Virus record (IMG/VR): IMGVR_UViG_3300032373_000035
Coordinates: 1 to 43,052 of that record
DNA length: 43,052 bases
Reading direction: 5' to 3' (one strand)
Source: a virus
Taxonomy: Duplodnaviria > Caudoviricetes
Below the pieces are notes generated by a model, which worked only from the letters and a program-made list of their open reading frames with translations, was not told the DNA's origin and made no database searches. Below are positions 1-8,304 of the stretch, piece by piece; the first letter of the stretch is position 1, and every line of letters starts with the position of its first letter. A program made the translations under genes and the position numbers.

Positions 1-127
1 AGAAGGGCAAGAGGTGGGTCCGACACACCTTCGCCAGCCCTGGTCTTGAACAGTTCATCAGCGAGGCCCCCCCGGGTACCCCAGTAGCTTCCCCTGAGCC
101 GCTCTCTGCCGTCCCCTGTGGAGATGT
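1..127. repeat. Terminal overlap identical to 42926..43052 (circular assembly overlap)
   Basis: Exact 127-nt identity of both contig ends; it falls inside the RNAP reading frame, and 127 is a common assembler k-mer size. Confidence 0.95.
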
Positions 128-1520
128 GGACACTCCTGTGGGTATCCCGGGGGATGCGGCGGCAACCCTCCGTGAGCAGCCTTACACGCTGTCTCATGAG
201 GTGCTGGCTGTAGCGGAGGAACTGTACAGGCTGGGGTCTCCGCTGTTCCCCCCGAAGGATCCCATCCCTCTCCCGGAGAAGGGTGAGTTCTCGGAGTTGT
301 CGGAGTGGAAGCGGAGAGCGCACTGGATTCACGATCAGAACAGGAGGATGGTGTCCCGCAGACTGTCGTATCTCACTACGTTCCAAGGACTTAGGGCTGC
401 CGCTGCCCTGCCTGAGTTCTACATGGATGTGTTCCCGGACAGACGGGGGCGCTGTTACTACCGACCCACGTTCACCTCTGTCCAGGGATCAGACCTGTCC
501 CAAGGGTGTGCCCTGTTCAAATACAAGGGAGAGATTCATGAGGAGGCTAGGCAAAGGTATGCCGAAGCCCTGCTCCCGGGGTTCGATGAAGGATTCCGGA
601 GAGAGGTGGCTGCGGATCCCGTTGGAAGCCGTGGACTATGGGAAGGATCCAAGAAACCCTGGCCCCTCCTTCAGCTATGTCTTCATTGGGATAATCCTGG
701 CCTGCCTGTATCTGTTGATGCGAGCAACCACGGTCTCCAGTTGATGTCGATCCTCTGCAACCAGGGGATGGAACTGACCAAGGTGAAGGCGACGGACATC
801 CCCCCGGAGGACATCTACCTGCGGATCGGGAACGCGGTGCAGCCTGGGCTCCCCCGGGATCTCTGGAAGCACCCCATCATGACGCTCCCGTACGGGGCGA
901 GCAAGCTGTCCTGGGTGTGGAAGTTCTTCGCGGAGGAGGATCCGGAATCCCCGGGGAAGTACCGCTTCCTCCTCTCAGAGTGCTGGGACCTGGCTACCAG
1001 GCTGGAGCAGGAGGTACGGAGCCAGCTGCCCTGGGCGATGGACCTGTTCAAGTTCCTCCGTGCCATCGGTGGGAAAGCCAAGGCTCCCCTAACGTGGACG
1101 GTACCAGCAGGTTACAACGTCACCCAGTTCTACCCCAAGTTGAGTGACTACAAGATCCGGACTCGGCTCTTCGGTACGGCCAAGTCCAGTGTATACTCTA
1201 CCCCTACGGATGAGCCGAGTGGAAGGAAGAACGGCAAAGGGCTGACACCCAACCTCATTCAGAGCCTCGATGCCTCGCTTCTCCACTCTGCTCTCCGTGG
1301 TTGGGGTGGTCCGATTGCGACAGCGCATGATCGCTTCGCCACCACCTCCGACCATCTACCAACCCTGTATGCCAAGCTCCTGTCCAACGTGGACGAGCAG
1401 TTGTGCAGGGAAGGACTACTGCGGGATCTTCTATCTGGGTTCGCCCCCGACACGGAGATCCCGTTCGACATTCCTGAGTGGGAGACTTGGACAGTCAGCC
1501 CTCTCTTCTACAACTTCTAG
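3..1520 (+). CDS. T7-type single-subunit RNA polymerase, C-terminal part (gene starts at 42490 across the junction)
   Basis: DRRGRCYY, motif A PVSVDASNHGLQ, motif B RDLWKHPIMTLPYG, PNLIQSLD, motif C AHDRF; frame is open upstream of the listed GTG at 126 back to position 3. Confidence 0.9.
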   Translation, partial: KGKRWVRHTFASPGLEQFISEAPPGTPVASPEPLSAVPCGDVDTPVGIPGDAAATLREQPYTLSHEVLAVAEELYRLGSPLFPPKDPIPLPEKGEFSELSEWKRRAHWIHDQNRRMVSRRLSYLTTFQGLRAAAALPEFYMDVFPDRRGRCYYRPTFTSVQGSDLSQGCALFKYKGEIHEEARQRYAEALLPGFDEGFRREVAADPVGSRGLWEGSKKPWPLLQLCLHWDNPGLPVSVDASNHGLQLMSILCNQGMELTKVKATDIPPEDIYLRIGNAVQPGLPRDLWKHPIMTLPYGASKLSWVWKFFAEEDPESPGKYRFLLSECWDLATRLEQEVRSQLPWAMDLFKFLRAIGGKAKAPLTWTVPAGYNVTQFYPKLSDYKIRTRLFGTAKSSVYSTPTDEPSGRKNGKGLTPNLIQSLDASLLHSALRGWGGPIATAHDRFATTSDHLPTLYAKLLSNVDEQLCREGLLRDLLSGFAPDTEIPFDIPEWETWTVSPLFYNF

Positions 1521-1540
1521 TAACCAGAAAGCAAACCAGA

Positions 1541-2122
1541 ATGGGAACCAAATACACTACGACCGTGACGCCCGTTGGGGAGTTCGTCTTCCCCGCTCTG
1601 CTCCCGGGCAGCCCGGACAACTTCATGAACAAGAAGAACTACAAGGCTGACTTGAAGTTCCAGTCCAGGGAGGACATCCAGGATCTGATCACCCTCTGTG
1701 AAGCAGAGCTTGAGAAGTTCTGCAAGGACGAGGGCATCCCGATGGCAGATTGGGACATCAAGCCGATCTTCAAGGATGCTTCTTGGGAGGACAAGGAGAG
1801 CGGCGAGCAGCGGGACGAGGGCTCCATCAAGATCGAGAGCCGGATGGCCGCACAGTACATCCGGGGTGAGGCCCTTCAGACCAACGTGCCTGTCCGCGTG
1901 GATCACAACGGGGAAGCCCTCCCGGATAGCGAGGACATCAACCACGGAGACTTCGGGCGCATCATGGTTGCGCTCAAGCCGTACAAGTACGACGACAAGG
2001 GCTTCCTGGGTGTGCGCCTCATGCTCAACGGGGTCCAGCTGGTGAAGCGTGGCAGCGGTGGCGGTGCCCAGGCTGTCGCCTCGTCCTTCGGTGCGGTTGA
2101 CCCGGAGGATTTCGTTGAGTAG
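1541..2122 (+). CDS. ssb: ssDNA-binding protein (T7 gp2.5-like)
   Basis: TPVGEFVFPAL start, GVRLMLNGVQLV strand, acidic/Phe C-terminal tail, position after RNAP; ATG 1541 preferred over 1478. Confidence 0.8.
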   Translation: MGTKYTTTVTPVGEFVFPALLPGSPDNFMNKKNYKADLKFQSREDIQDLITLCEAELEKFCKDEGIPMADWDIKPIFKDASWEDKESGEQRDEGSIKIESRMAAQYIRGEALQTNVPVRVDHNGEALPDSEDINHGDFGRIMVALKPYKYDDKGFLGVRLMLNGVQLVKRGSGGGAQAVASSFGAVDPEDFVE

Positions 2123-2459
2123 TCTCACCTTCGCGGAGTACCAGGCCAAGTGCATGGAGACCACCGGGCCTATCGAGCACTTGAACCAAGAGGAGATGTA
2201 CTCCTACCTTGTCGCCGGTCTCGCTAGTGAGGCGGGTGAAGTGGCTGGGCAGTACAAGAAGTACCTGCGGGAAGGCGGTGAAGATCGTCTCGACAGCATG
2301 ATCTCTGAGCTAGGTGATGTCATGTGGTACTGCGCTGTTCTCTCGCTGGAGTTGCTTGGCAACGACTACGCGATGGAGCAGGCAGCTACCCGCAACATGA
2401 CCAAGCTCGCTGACCGCAAGCAACGCGGTACCCTGTGCGGTGATGGTGATGACCGCTGA
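2115..2459 (+). CDS. mazG: MazG-like nucleoside triphosphate pyrophosphohydrolase
   Basis: GLASEAGEVAGQYKK and ELGDVMWY motifs, tail NMTKLADRKQRGTLCGDGDDR; TTG start 2115 with GGAGGA at 2104-2109. Confidence 0.85.
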   Translation: MSSLTFAEYQAKCMETTGPIEHLNQEEMYSYLVAGLASEAGEVAGQYKKYLREGGEDRLDSMISELGDVMWYCAVLSLELLGNDYAMEQAATRNMTKLADRKQRGTLCGDGDDR

Positions 2460-2550
2460 ACTATTCACCGTCCTCGCCCTTCTCCTGATCTTCTCCTCGT
2501 TGGCGGTGAACACCCTCTACGATCTCTACAACCTCTACAAAAAATCGTGA
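2449..2550 (+). CDS. Small single-pass membrane protein (33 aa, not in ORF track)
   Basis: MTAELFTVLALLLIFSSLAVNTLYDLYNLYKKS; fills the gap exactly and its TGA overlaps the next ATG. Confidence 0.6.
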   Translation: MTAELFTVLALLLIFSSLAVNTLYDLYNLYKKS

Positions 2551-3179
2551 TGAAAATCCAAACGCTTCTAGTGGCAGCCCTTGCCACCGCTGGTCTGGCA
2601 TTCGCAGCCGCCCCTGGTACTGCGGTCATCGACCAACTCAGCAACATCTCCTTCATTGACGACAGCGAGATCGTCTACACCCTGGACAAGTTCGACCCCG
2701 CTATCGGTGAGCTTGTCGGTGTTCAGTTCGGGATCGAACTGGACGGTGAGTGGAACGATGTTGTCACCAACACTGGTACGGTTACCGACAGTGTTGCCCT
2801 CGGTTGGGACAGCAGCCTCGCTGGGTACTACCCTCCGACCCCCGCTGACATCGGCGCTGCGGGCTACTCTCTGTACGGGGTGACGATTGATGTCCCCGGT
2901 TCGGGTGTGTTCTCCCGGGTGATCTCCCGGCCTGTCAGCTACTCCGACACGCTTGCGCCGGGTGTCCCGCAGACGTTCCAAGAAACGGTGGACACTCCGC
3001 TGGTCTACAGTTCCGTGTACCGTGACCTTGCTGTTATCCGTGCTGTGCAGGGACGGGGGACGTTCCAGTTGAACGTCTCTACGGTTGGTCTGTTCGCTAA
3101 CTCTGGTCTCCCCCAGGGTACCATCGGTACCAACTACAGTGCGGACGGCACGATTGCTGTCCGGTACATCTACAAGTAG
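2547..3179 (+). CDS. Secreted protein, choice-of-anchor E (PEP-CTERM-associated)-like beta-rich domain
   Basis: Sec signal MKIQTLLVAALATAGLAFA; KFDPAIGELVGV, GRGTF and terminal GTIAVRYIY resemble that family; no C-terminal anchor. Confidence 0.6.
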   Translation: MMKIQTLLVAALATAGLAFAAAPGTAVIDQLSNISFIDDSEIVYTLDKFDPAIGELVGVQFGIELDGEWNDVVTNTGTVTDSVALGWDSSLAGYYPPTPADIGAAGYSLYGVTIDVPGSGVFSRVISRPVSYSDTLAPGVPQTFQETVDTPLVYSSVYRDLAVIRAVQGRGTFQLNVSTVGLFANSGLPQGTIGTNYSADGTIAVRYIYK

Positions 3180-3186
3180 AGCAAAA

Positions 3187-3241
3187 GGTTTTAGTGGTCC
3201 TTCCTCAAGGACTACCGAGCGGGTGCGAGGCCCGTGCAACC
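3187..3241 (+). ncRNA. Structured RNA motif B, copy 1 (three-way junction with T-loop-like arm)
   Basis: GGTT-TTA-[GTGGTCCTT/AAGGACTAC]-CGA-[GCGGG TGCGAGG CCCGT]-GC-AACC; second copy at 9673. Confidence 0.6.
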
Positions 3242-3266
3242 ACAACAAGTAGACAAAGGACTAGAC

Positions 3267-3662
3267 ATGACCAAGATTGCGAGGAAAGACAAACAGTTCG
3301 AGTGTGCAGTCTCAACGTCAGTGGAGATGCTGAACAGCTTCGGCGTTGAACTGTACCCAGAGGTGAAACAAAAGTGGCTCAAGGCTCTGCGGAGTGGGAG
3401 GTACGAGCAGGCTAATGGTGCTCTGGAAGAAGACGGTAAGAACTGCTGTCTCGGAGTTCTTGCCTGCGAAGAGCCTGAGCTTTTCGATAAGGACCCTTAT
3501 TCATACCTCCCTGACTTCACGTTCAAGGGAACAGATTGGCAAAACGAAGGGTTTCTCCCCGAGTTCTACATGGATGCGCGAGTGCAGAACGTGCTAAGCG
3601 ACCTGAACGACCGTGATGTCTCCTTCGAGACCATCGCCAACATCATCGAGGAGTGTCTGTAG
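3267..3662 (+). CDS. Hypothetical protein, WxxALRSG...CCLGVL family (paralog of 38199 and 38661)
   Basis: KWLKALRSGRYEQ..CCLGVL..LNDRDVSFETIANIIE; ATG 3267 after AAAGGACTAGAC. Confidence 0.75.
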   Translation: MTKIARKDKQFECAVSTSVEMLNSFGVELYPEVKQKWLKALRSGRYEQANGALEEDGKNCCLGVLACEEPELFDKDPYSYLPDFTFKGTDWQNEGFLPEFYMDARVQNVLSDLNDRDVSFETIANIIEECL

Positions 3663-3679
3663 CTGTGCTAAGGTAGGGC

Positions 3680-4033
3680 ATGGCCTCACCTACACAGCTA
3701 TCCCTGAAGCGTCTCCGCGAGGATGACTGGTCCCCCTGGGTTGTCGAGTTCTGGAACCCGCACAGCCGCACCCGCCTGGACCTGTGGAACTTCGGAGACA
3801 TCCTCGCACAGCGCCTGGACAGTGCCCCGCTCATTGTTCAGACGACTTCCTACGGCAACGTGTCCGCTCGCCGGAAGAAGATCCTCGCCAACGAAGACGC
3901 ATACATCTGGGTAAAGAGCGGCAACCTCATCGAGATCCACGGTTGGCACAAGAAGCCGAAGAAGCCTGGAGCAAAACAACTGACCTGGCAAGTCCGGGTC
4001 CTAGACATCACACAAGATGACTTCCAATTCTAG
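3680..4033 (+). CDS. PD-(D/E)XK-type endonuclease, putative Holliday-junction resolvase
   Basis: DLWNFGDILA..LIVQTTS..IEIHGW pattern; occupies the T7 gp3 position. Confidence 0.6.
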   Translation: MASPTQLSLKRLREDDWSPWVVEFWNPHSRTRLDLWNFGDILAQRLDSAPLIVQTTSYGNVSARRKKILANEDAYIWVKSGNLIEIHGWHKKPKKPGAKQLTWQVRVLDITQDDFQF

Positions 4034-5651
4034 AGAGAGAGAGCCGGAAATGTACCGGGTTGGGCTGAACGCGCTTCTACGGCAGAGGCGTGACTCGAAG
4101 TACAGTGGGCAGACCACCCTTGATCGGCTGAACTACATGGTAACCAGCGTCAAGAACGCATTGAGCGAACCTACCCACGTTCCGGTGCCGACTCCCGTGG
4201 ACAAGAGGCGTCCCGGGCCGCAGCGCAACCGACCCCCGCAGCTTCCCCCGGTTGCTCCCACTTTCGATTTCTCTATCGAGGACTCGGACGGGGGCGAGTA
4301 CGAGGCGTTCTACGGTGAGCCCATTGATCTCCCCGGGGGTGCCCAAGTGACTATTCACAGGGACAGAGGCATGGAGGTTCACGTTGTCCGCAACATGGGC
4401 CACGCTCCGAAGGCGGTCACCTTCTGGTACCGAGGTAAGTCTCACGCCTACCTCCTCCAGCCGGGTGGTCTCGCGGTTCGCTTCGAGGAGGGGTACCACC
4501 AGTTCACCTATGACTCTGGTTTCCCGGAGATCCCGGAGGAGATGTTGCAGGCTATCGCCGCCAACGCTTCCGATACTCTGGTGGGCCTCCGGGCTAGGTT
4601 CTACCCCACGGATCCGAACGAGGGTGGTGGGTTCCTTGTCTACCCGAACCAAGAGTGGATGAACTGCACGCCTGGGCTGCAGATCGCTGCCGAGTGGGCT
4701 CGCCTGTATGCGAACTGCATCACTACTGCGTTCGACTACGACAACAAGCCGGATAGCTTCATCGGTGTGGATGAGAGCCGGGGCTACGTTGACGCTGAGT
4801 GGTACGGCAAGGACGGTGTCGTCTCCCAACTGCGGGCATTCGATGGTGGCCCCCGAGAGCTAGACTTCGAGCACCTGTCCCGCATCACCACCCCGCTGTT
4901 CCGCCTTGCGAAGAACGGGTACGGTTGGGCGTCTCAAGTGTTCGAGATTGTCCTCGAAGGTGTTATCCAAAAGTGGTGCCGCCGCAACGTCAGCGATGGG
5001 AAGAGCCACATGGTTTCCTGGTGGAGTGCCTTCGGTTTCCTGGAGCACACCAAGCCTGGTCTCGGCACCGAGCACATGGGCCGCAACACTGGGCACGCAC
5101 TCACCGCTCTTGCCTACGGGTACGAGTTGGGGATGGTGGAAGACAGCGATATCGACCTCGTTGTGAAGATGGTGGAGCATATGATTGTGCCTGGGCACAG
5201 CGTGGTTCACATGCTGCACTACAACGACCCGATCAATGGTGCGAAGAGCAACGCCTGGGATGACAAGTTCAACAAGTACGAGCACAGCATCCCGAGTGGG
5301 ACTGATCTCGAAGACATCCAACTCACTGTTGGGTTCGAGGAGATCATCATTGCTTGGGGTATCGAGATGCTGTCGGAGGCTGGCGCTCTCGATGAGTCGT
5401 CCGACCTGTACCACCGTGTCCACAGCCGGATCCAGCACAACCCCTACCAGTTGACTGTCTTCTACAATGGTCTGCTCTCTCCTAGATGGAGCGACACTCG
5501 CCCGAGCACTTGGTCCTCGTACTACCTTGGGGATCTGGACGGAGACGAGTACATCGGGGACAAGAGTACCTACGCCTCCAACCCTCTGACCATCGTTCCT
5601 TCGGACTTCAGCAGGATCCTTGGTGTGGATGACGAAGCCTTCGACCTCTAA
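4017..5651 (+). CDS. Large hypothetical protein (544 aa; alternative start 4050)
   Basis: Long ORF with genome-typical codon bias, coupled to neighbours; Pro-rich linker; no motif recognised. Confidence 0.8.
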   Translation: MTSNSREREPEMYRVGLNALLRQRRDSKYSGQTTLDRLNYMVTSVKNALSEPTHVPVPTPVDKRRPGPQRNRPPQLPPVAPTFDFSIEDSDGGEYEAFYGEPIDLPGGAQVTIHRDRGMEVHVVRNMGHAPKAVTFWYRGKSHAYLLQPGGLAVRFEEGYHQFTYDSGFPEIPEEMLQAIAANASDTLVGLRARFYPTDPNEGGGFLVYPNQEWMNCTPGLQIAAEWARLYANCITTAFDYDNKPDSFIGVDESRGYVDAEWYGKDGVVSQLRAFDGGPRELDFEHLSRITTPLFRLAKNGYGWASQVFEIVLEGVIQKWCRRNVSDGKSHMVSWWSAFGFLEHTKPGLGTEHMGRNTGHALTALAYGYELGMVEDSDIDLVVKMVEHMIVPGHSVVHMLHYNDPINGAKSNAWDDKFNKYEHSIPSGTDLEDIQLTVGFEEIIIAWGIEMLSEAGALDESSDLYHRVHSRIQHNPYQLTVFYNGLLSPRWSDTRPSTWSSYYLGDLDGDEYIGDKSTYASNPLTIVPSDFSRILGVDDEAFDL

Positions 5652-5926
5652 TGGCTAGGCGGGACGTTTCCCGCGAAGCACTAGGAGACCGGCTGAGATC
5701 CTTGCGGGTGTCAGCCGGTCTCTCTGTCCGAGACATGGTGCAGAAGACAGGCATCCCCCGTTCCACTATCTATCGGTGGTTCATCGGTGACGCTGTCCCC
5801 ACCATCGAGGATATGTGGTTGCTTTGCGATGTGTTCGGGGTTGACCCGAACGGACTACTCGGTTACACACCACCGGAAGAACAGTTTGATGACGAAAGAA
5901 TCCGAGACCCTGGCAGTCCTTTCTGA
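5651..5926 (+). CDS. XRE/Cro-CI family helix-turn-helix regulator
   Basis: LGDRLRSLRVSAGLSVRDMVQKTGIPRSTIYRWFIGDAVPTIEDMWLLCDVFGVDPNGLLG. Confidence 0.85.
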   Translation: MARRDVSREALGDRLRSLRVSAGLSVRDMVQKTGIPRSTIYRWFIGDAVPTIEDMWLLCDVFGVDPNGLLGYTPPEEQFDDERIRDPGSPF

Positions 5927-6056
5927 TCTGTGGGCACTCTTCTGGGAGTGCAAGCAGCCGTTCGATGATACCGCAGAGCAAGCCGACGAGTTCGGTATCT
6001 GCACAAAGAGACAGTTCGTGGAGTTCATGAAGAGACTACAGGAGAAGCAGCGATGA
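5889..6056 (+). CDS. Small hypothetical protein (55 aa)
   Basis: ATG 5889; stop overlaps next ATG (ATGA). Confidence 0.55.
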   Translation: MTKESETLAVLSDLWALFWECKQPFDDTAEQADEFGICTKRQFVEFMKRLQEKQR

Positions 6057-6622
6057 CCTGGGAGCCGACAGAGGAAGAGGTGCAGAAGTACATGGAGGCT
6101 CACGAGAAGATCGACCTGGAGCCGTACATGTCCCCCAACCTCTACTACGCTGCGCTCCTCCGCGCCGCCTGGGCCGTGAGTCCTGGGCCGGGGCTGGAGG
6201 CCGCGCTCAAACACGAAACCGACAACCGCCGCGATCAGGTGAGAAAGAAGCGCAGGGGCCAAGAGATCCACAAGCAACTCCGCGCCCGCGTGGCCGAACT
6301 GAAGGACCTAGTCGGCGGCTGGTACGCCTCAGCCCACCTGCGCGGCCTCTGTCCGTCGAACTACGACCCCAGGGATCCGTTCTACCCCGATGGCGAGATC
6401 CTGGGACGAGGCGAGACTGCCCGCCTCCGAGGCCGCGTGGCCGAACTGGAGGCGCGCATCGAGAGGGCGAAGAAGGTGCAGCGGTACGCGAACTGCATCG
6501 ACGTAAGCAGCACCAGCGGCGAAGTGTCGTATGGGTACGAGCCGGTGGACGGAGGCGACATGATGCTCGCGCGCTTCGTGCTCGCCGCCCTCACCCCCAC
6601 CAAGGAGGAGACCGATGGGTGA
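6053..6622 (+). CDS. Hypothetical protein with two LRxRVAEL coiled-coil repeats
   Basis: SD CAGGAG; 16-bp direct repeat 6286-6301/6433-6448; CG-rich codon usage. Confidence 0.7.
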   Translation: MTWEPTEEEVQKYMEAHEKIDLEPYMSPNLYYAALLRAAWAVSPGPGLEAALKHETDNRRDQVRKKRRGQEIHKQLRARVAELKDLVGGWYASAHLRGLCPSNYDPRDPFYPDGEILGRGETARLRGRVAELEARIERAKKVQRYANCIDVSSTSGEVSYGYEPVDGGDMMLARFVLAALTPTKEETDG

Positions 6623-8210
6623 AGGAACGTACATCAAGAAGGAGGACTGCCCCGACTGCGGGGGAGAAAGCTGTCTCTCCATCTACACGGACGGCAAGTA
6701 TTGCCACAAGTGTGAGAAGGCGAGCGGTGCTAAGGGAGAGCCCAAGGTGTTCCGCCCTATCCATGATCGCAAGATCAGCAAGGCTACCTGTATGCACTAC
6801 GGGTACGAGGTGCTGGACAACGGGGACCACCGCTGGCCTACCCTTGGGGACACCGGGCAGAAGCCTCGCGGTACCAAGGTCAGGAAGAAAGCTCTGGACT
6901 CCAAGGGGAAGAAGGTCTTCGTCCTCAAGGGTGGGACACCCACTGCATTCTTCGGGCAGAACAGAGCGGACACCCGGAGTAAGTTCCTGGTGGTGACCGA
7001 GGGTGAGCTTGATGCGATGTCAGTCAACCAAGCCTTCGGCAACAAGTGGGCTGCTGTCTCCCTCCCTAACGGGGTGGACTCGGTGAAGGCTGTGTTCGCC
7101 AAGCAGGCTGCGTGGATCGAGCAGTTCCCCAAGGTTGTCCTGTGGTTCGACGCAGACGAGCCTGGGCAGAAGGCAGTGCGGGATGCCATCGCGTGCATGA
7201 CCCCGGGCAAGGCGCATGTCGTTCAAGAGCATCCAACGATCAAGGATGCGAACGAGATGCTGATGACCCTGGGCGAGAAGGACATCGTCAACAGGGTGTG
7301 GGGTGCTGAGAAGTACATCCCGGAGAGTGTCGTCCAAGGTGAGGCACTGCTCGACCACCTGTTCCGTCCTGTTGAGCAGGGCATCCCCTACCCTATCGAC
7401 GGGCTGAACGCGAAGCTGCGAGGCATCCGTAAGAAGGAGATCGTGATGTTCACCGGGGGCTCTGGTACTGGCAAGTCCACGGTGGTGCGGCAGATTGCAC
7501 GGGAGCTACCCAAGCTGATCCCCGAGGGATCCAAGGTGGGGTACATCGGGCTCGAAGAGACGGTGCAGACATCGCTGCTGAAGATGATCGGACCTATGGC
7601 TGGAGTTGCCGAGCTTCACCTGGACCCTTCCCTTCTCCCCGAGGAGGAGATCAGGAAGTACGCTAGGGAGATCATGGATCAGTTGGTGTTCCTGGATATG
7701 AGCTTCACCTCCTCCTCAGCGGCTGACCTGAAGTACAACATCAGGTATCTGGTGCAGGGGTGCGGGTGTGACTACATCATCCTCGACCACATCTCCTTCG
7801 TGATCTCCGGGGAGACCACGGACAATGAGCGGAAGACCATCGACACGCTGATGCACTCTCTCCGCACGCTGTGTCAGCAGATCGACGCTGGATTCATCCT
7901 GGTCTCTCACCTGAAGCGACCCGACAAAGGGAAGTCCTGGGCTGAGGGACGGATCCCCCAGCTGACTGACCTCCGAGGGTCCGCGTCCCTGGAGCAGCTG
8001 TCGGATGTCATCGTGGGGATCCACAGGGATACCACGGAGGAGGAGGACAGAAATGTTCTTCACCTGACTGTTGTGAAGAACCGACCAGTGGGCTATCTAG
8101 GCTACGCTGGGTCAATGACTTACGACACTGCGACCGACAGGCTGGTCCCGAATGCGGAGACTCTTCCCGAAGATCTTGGGCCGGTTGACGTTGACGCCTT
8201 CGAGCGATAG
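6615..8210 (+). CDS. DNA primase-helicase (T7 gp4-like)
   Basis: Zn finger CPDC..YCHKC, TOPRIM VVTEGELDAMSV and FDADEPG, Walker A GGSGTGKST, ILDHIS, VSHLKRP, DLRGSASLEQLSD; SD AAGGAGGAG. Confidence 0.95.
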   Translation: MGEGTYIKKEDCPDCGGESCLSIYTDGKYCHKCEKASGAKGEPKVFRPIHDRKISKATCMHYGYEVLDNGDHRWPTLGDTGQKPRGTKVRKKALDSKGKKVFVLKGGTPTAFFGQNRADTRSKFLVVTEGELDAMSVNQAFGNKWAAVSLPNGVDSVKAVFAKQAAWIEQFPKVVLWFDADEPGQKAVRDAIACMTPGKAHVVQEHPTIKDANEMLMTLGEKDIVNRVWGAEKYIPESVVQGEALLDHLFRPVEQGIPYPIDGLNAKLRGIRKKEIVMFTGGSGTGKSTVVRQIARELPKLIPEGSKVGYIGLEETVQTSLLKMIGPMAGVAELHLDPSLLPEEEIRKYAREIMDQLVFLDMSFTSSSAADLKYNIRYLVQGCGCDYIILDHISFVISGETTDNERKTIDTLMHSLRTLCQQIDAGFILVSHLKRPDKGKSWAEGRIPQLTDLRGSASLEQLSDVIVGIHRDTTEEEDRNVLHLTVVKNRPVGYLGYAGSMTYDTATDRLVPNAETLPEDLGPVDVDAFER

Positions 8211-8240
8211 TGTAGGATTGCCTCCCTGTCCTCTGTCTCG

Positions 8241-8284
8241 GTGCCCCCTGCGTCGTCCCCGTACAACGTGGGGGGCACTTCTTT
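8241..8284 (+). terminator. Terminator-like hairpin after primase-helicase
   Basis: GTGCCCCCTGCGT / ACGTGGGGGGCAC stem followed by TTCTTT. Confidence 0.5.
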
Positions 8285-8304
8285 AGTGCACACAAAAGAA
8301 ACCC

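Noticed and set aside
126-1520. Truncated or pseudogene RNAP
   Set aside because: The frame continues across the junction to ATG 42490.
3181-3242. tRNA gene (T-arm-like stem ending ACCA)
   Set aside because: No D arm, no 7-bp acceptor stem and no 7-nt anticodon loop; kept as an unknown motif.
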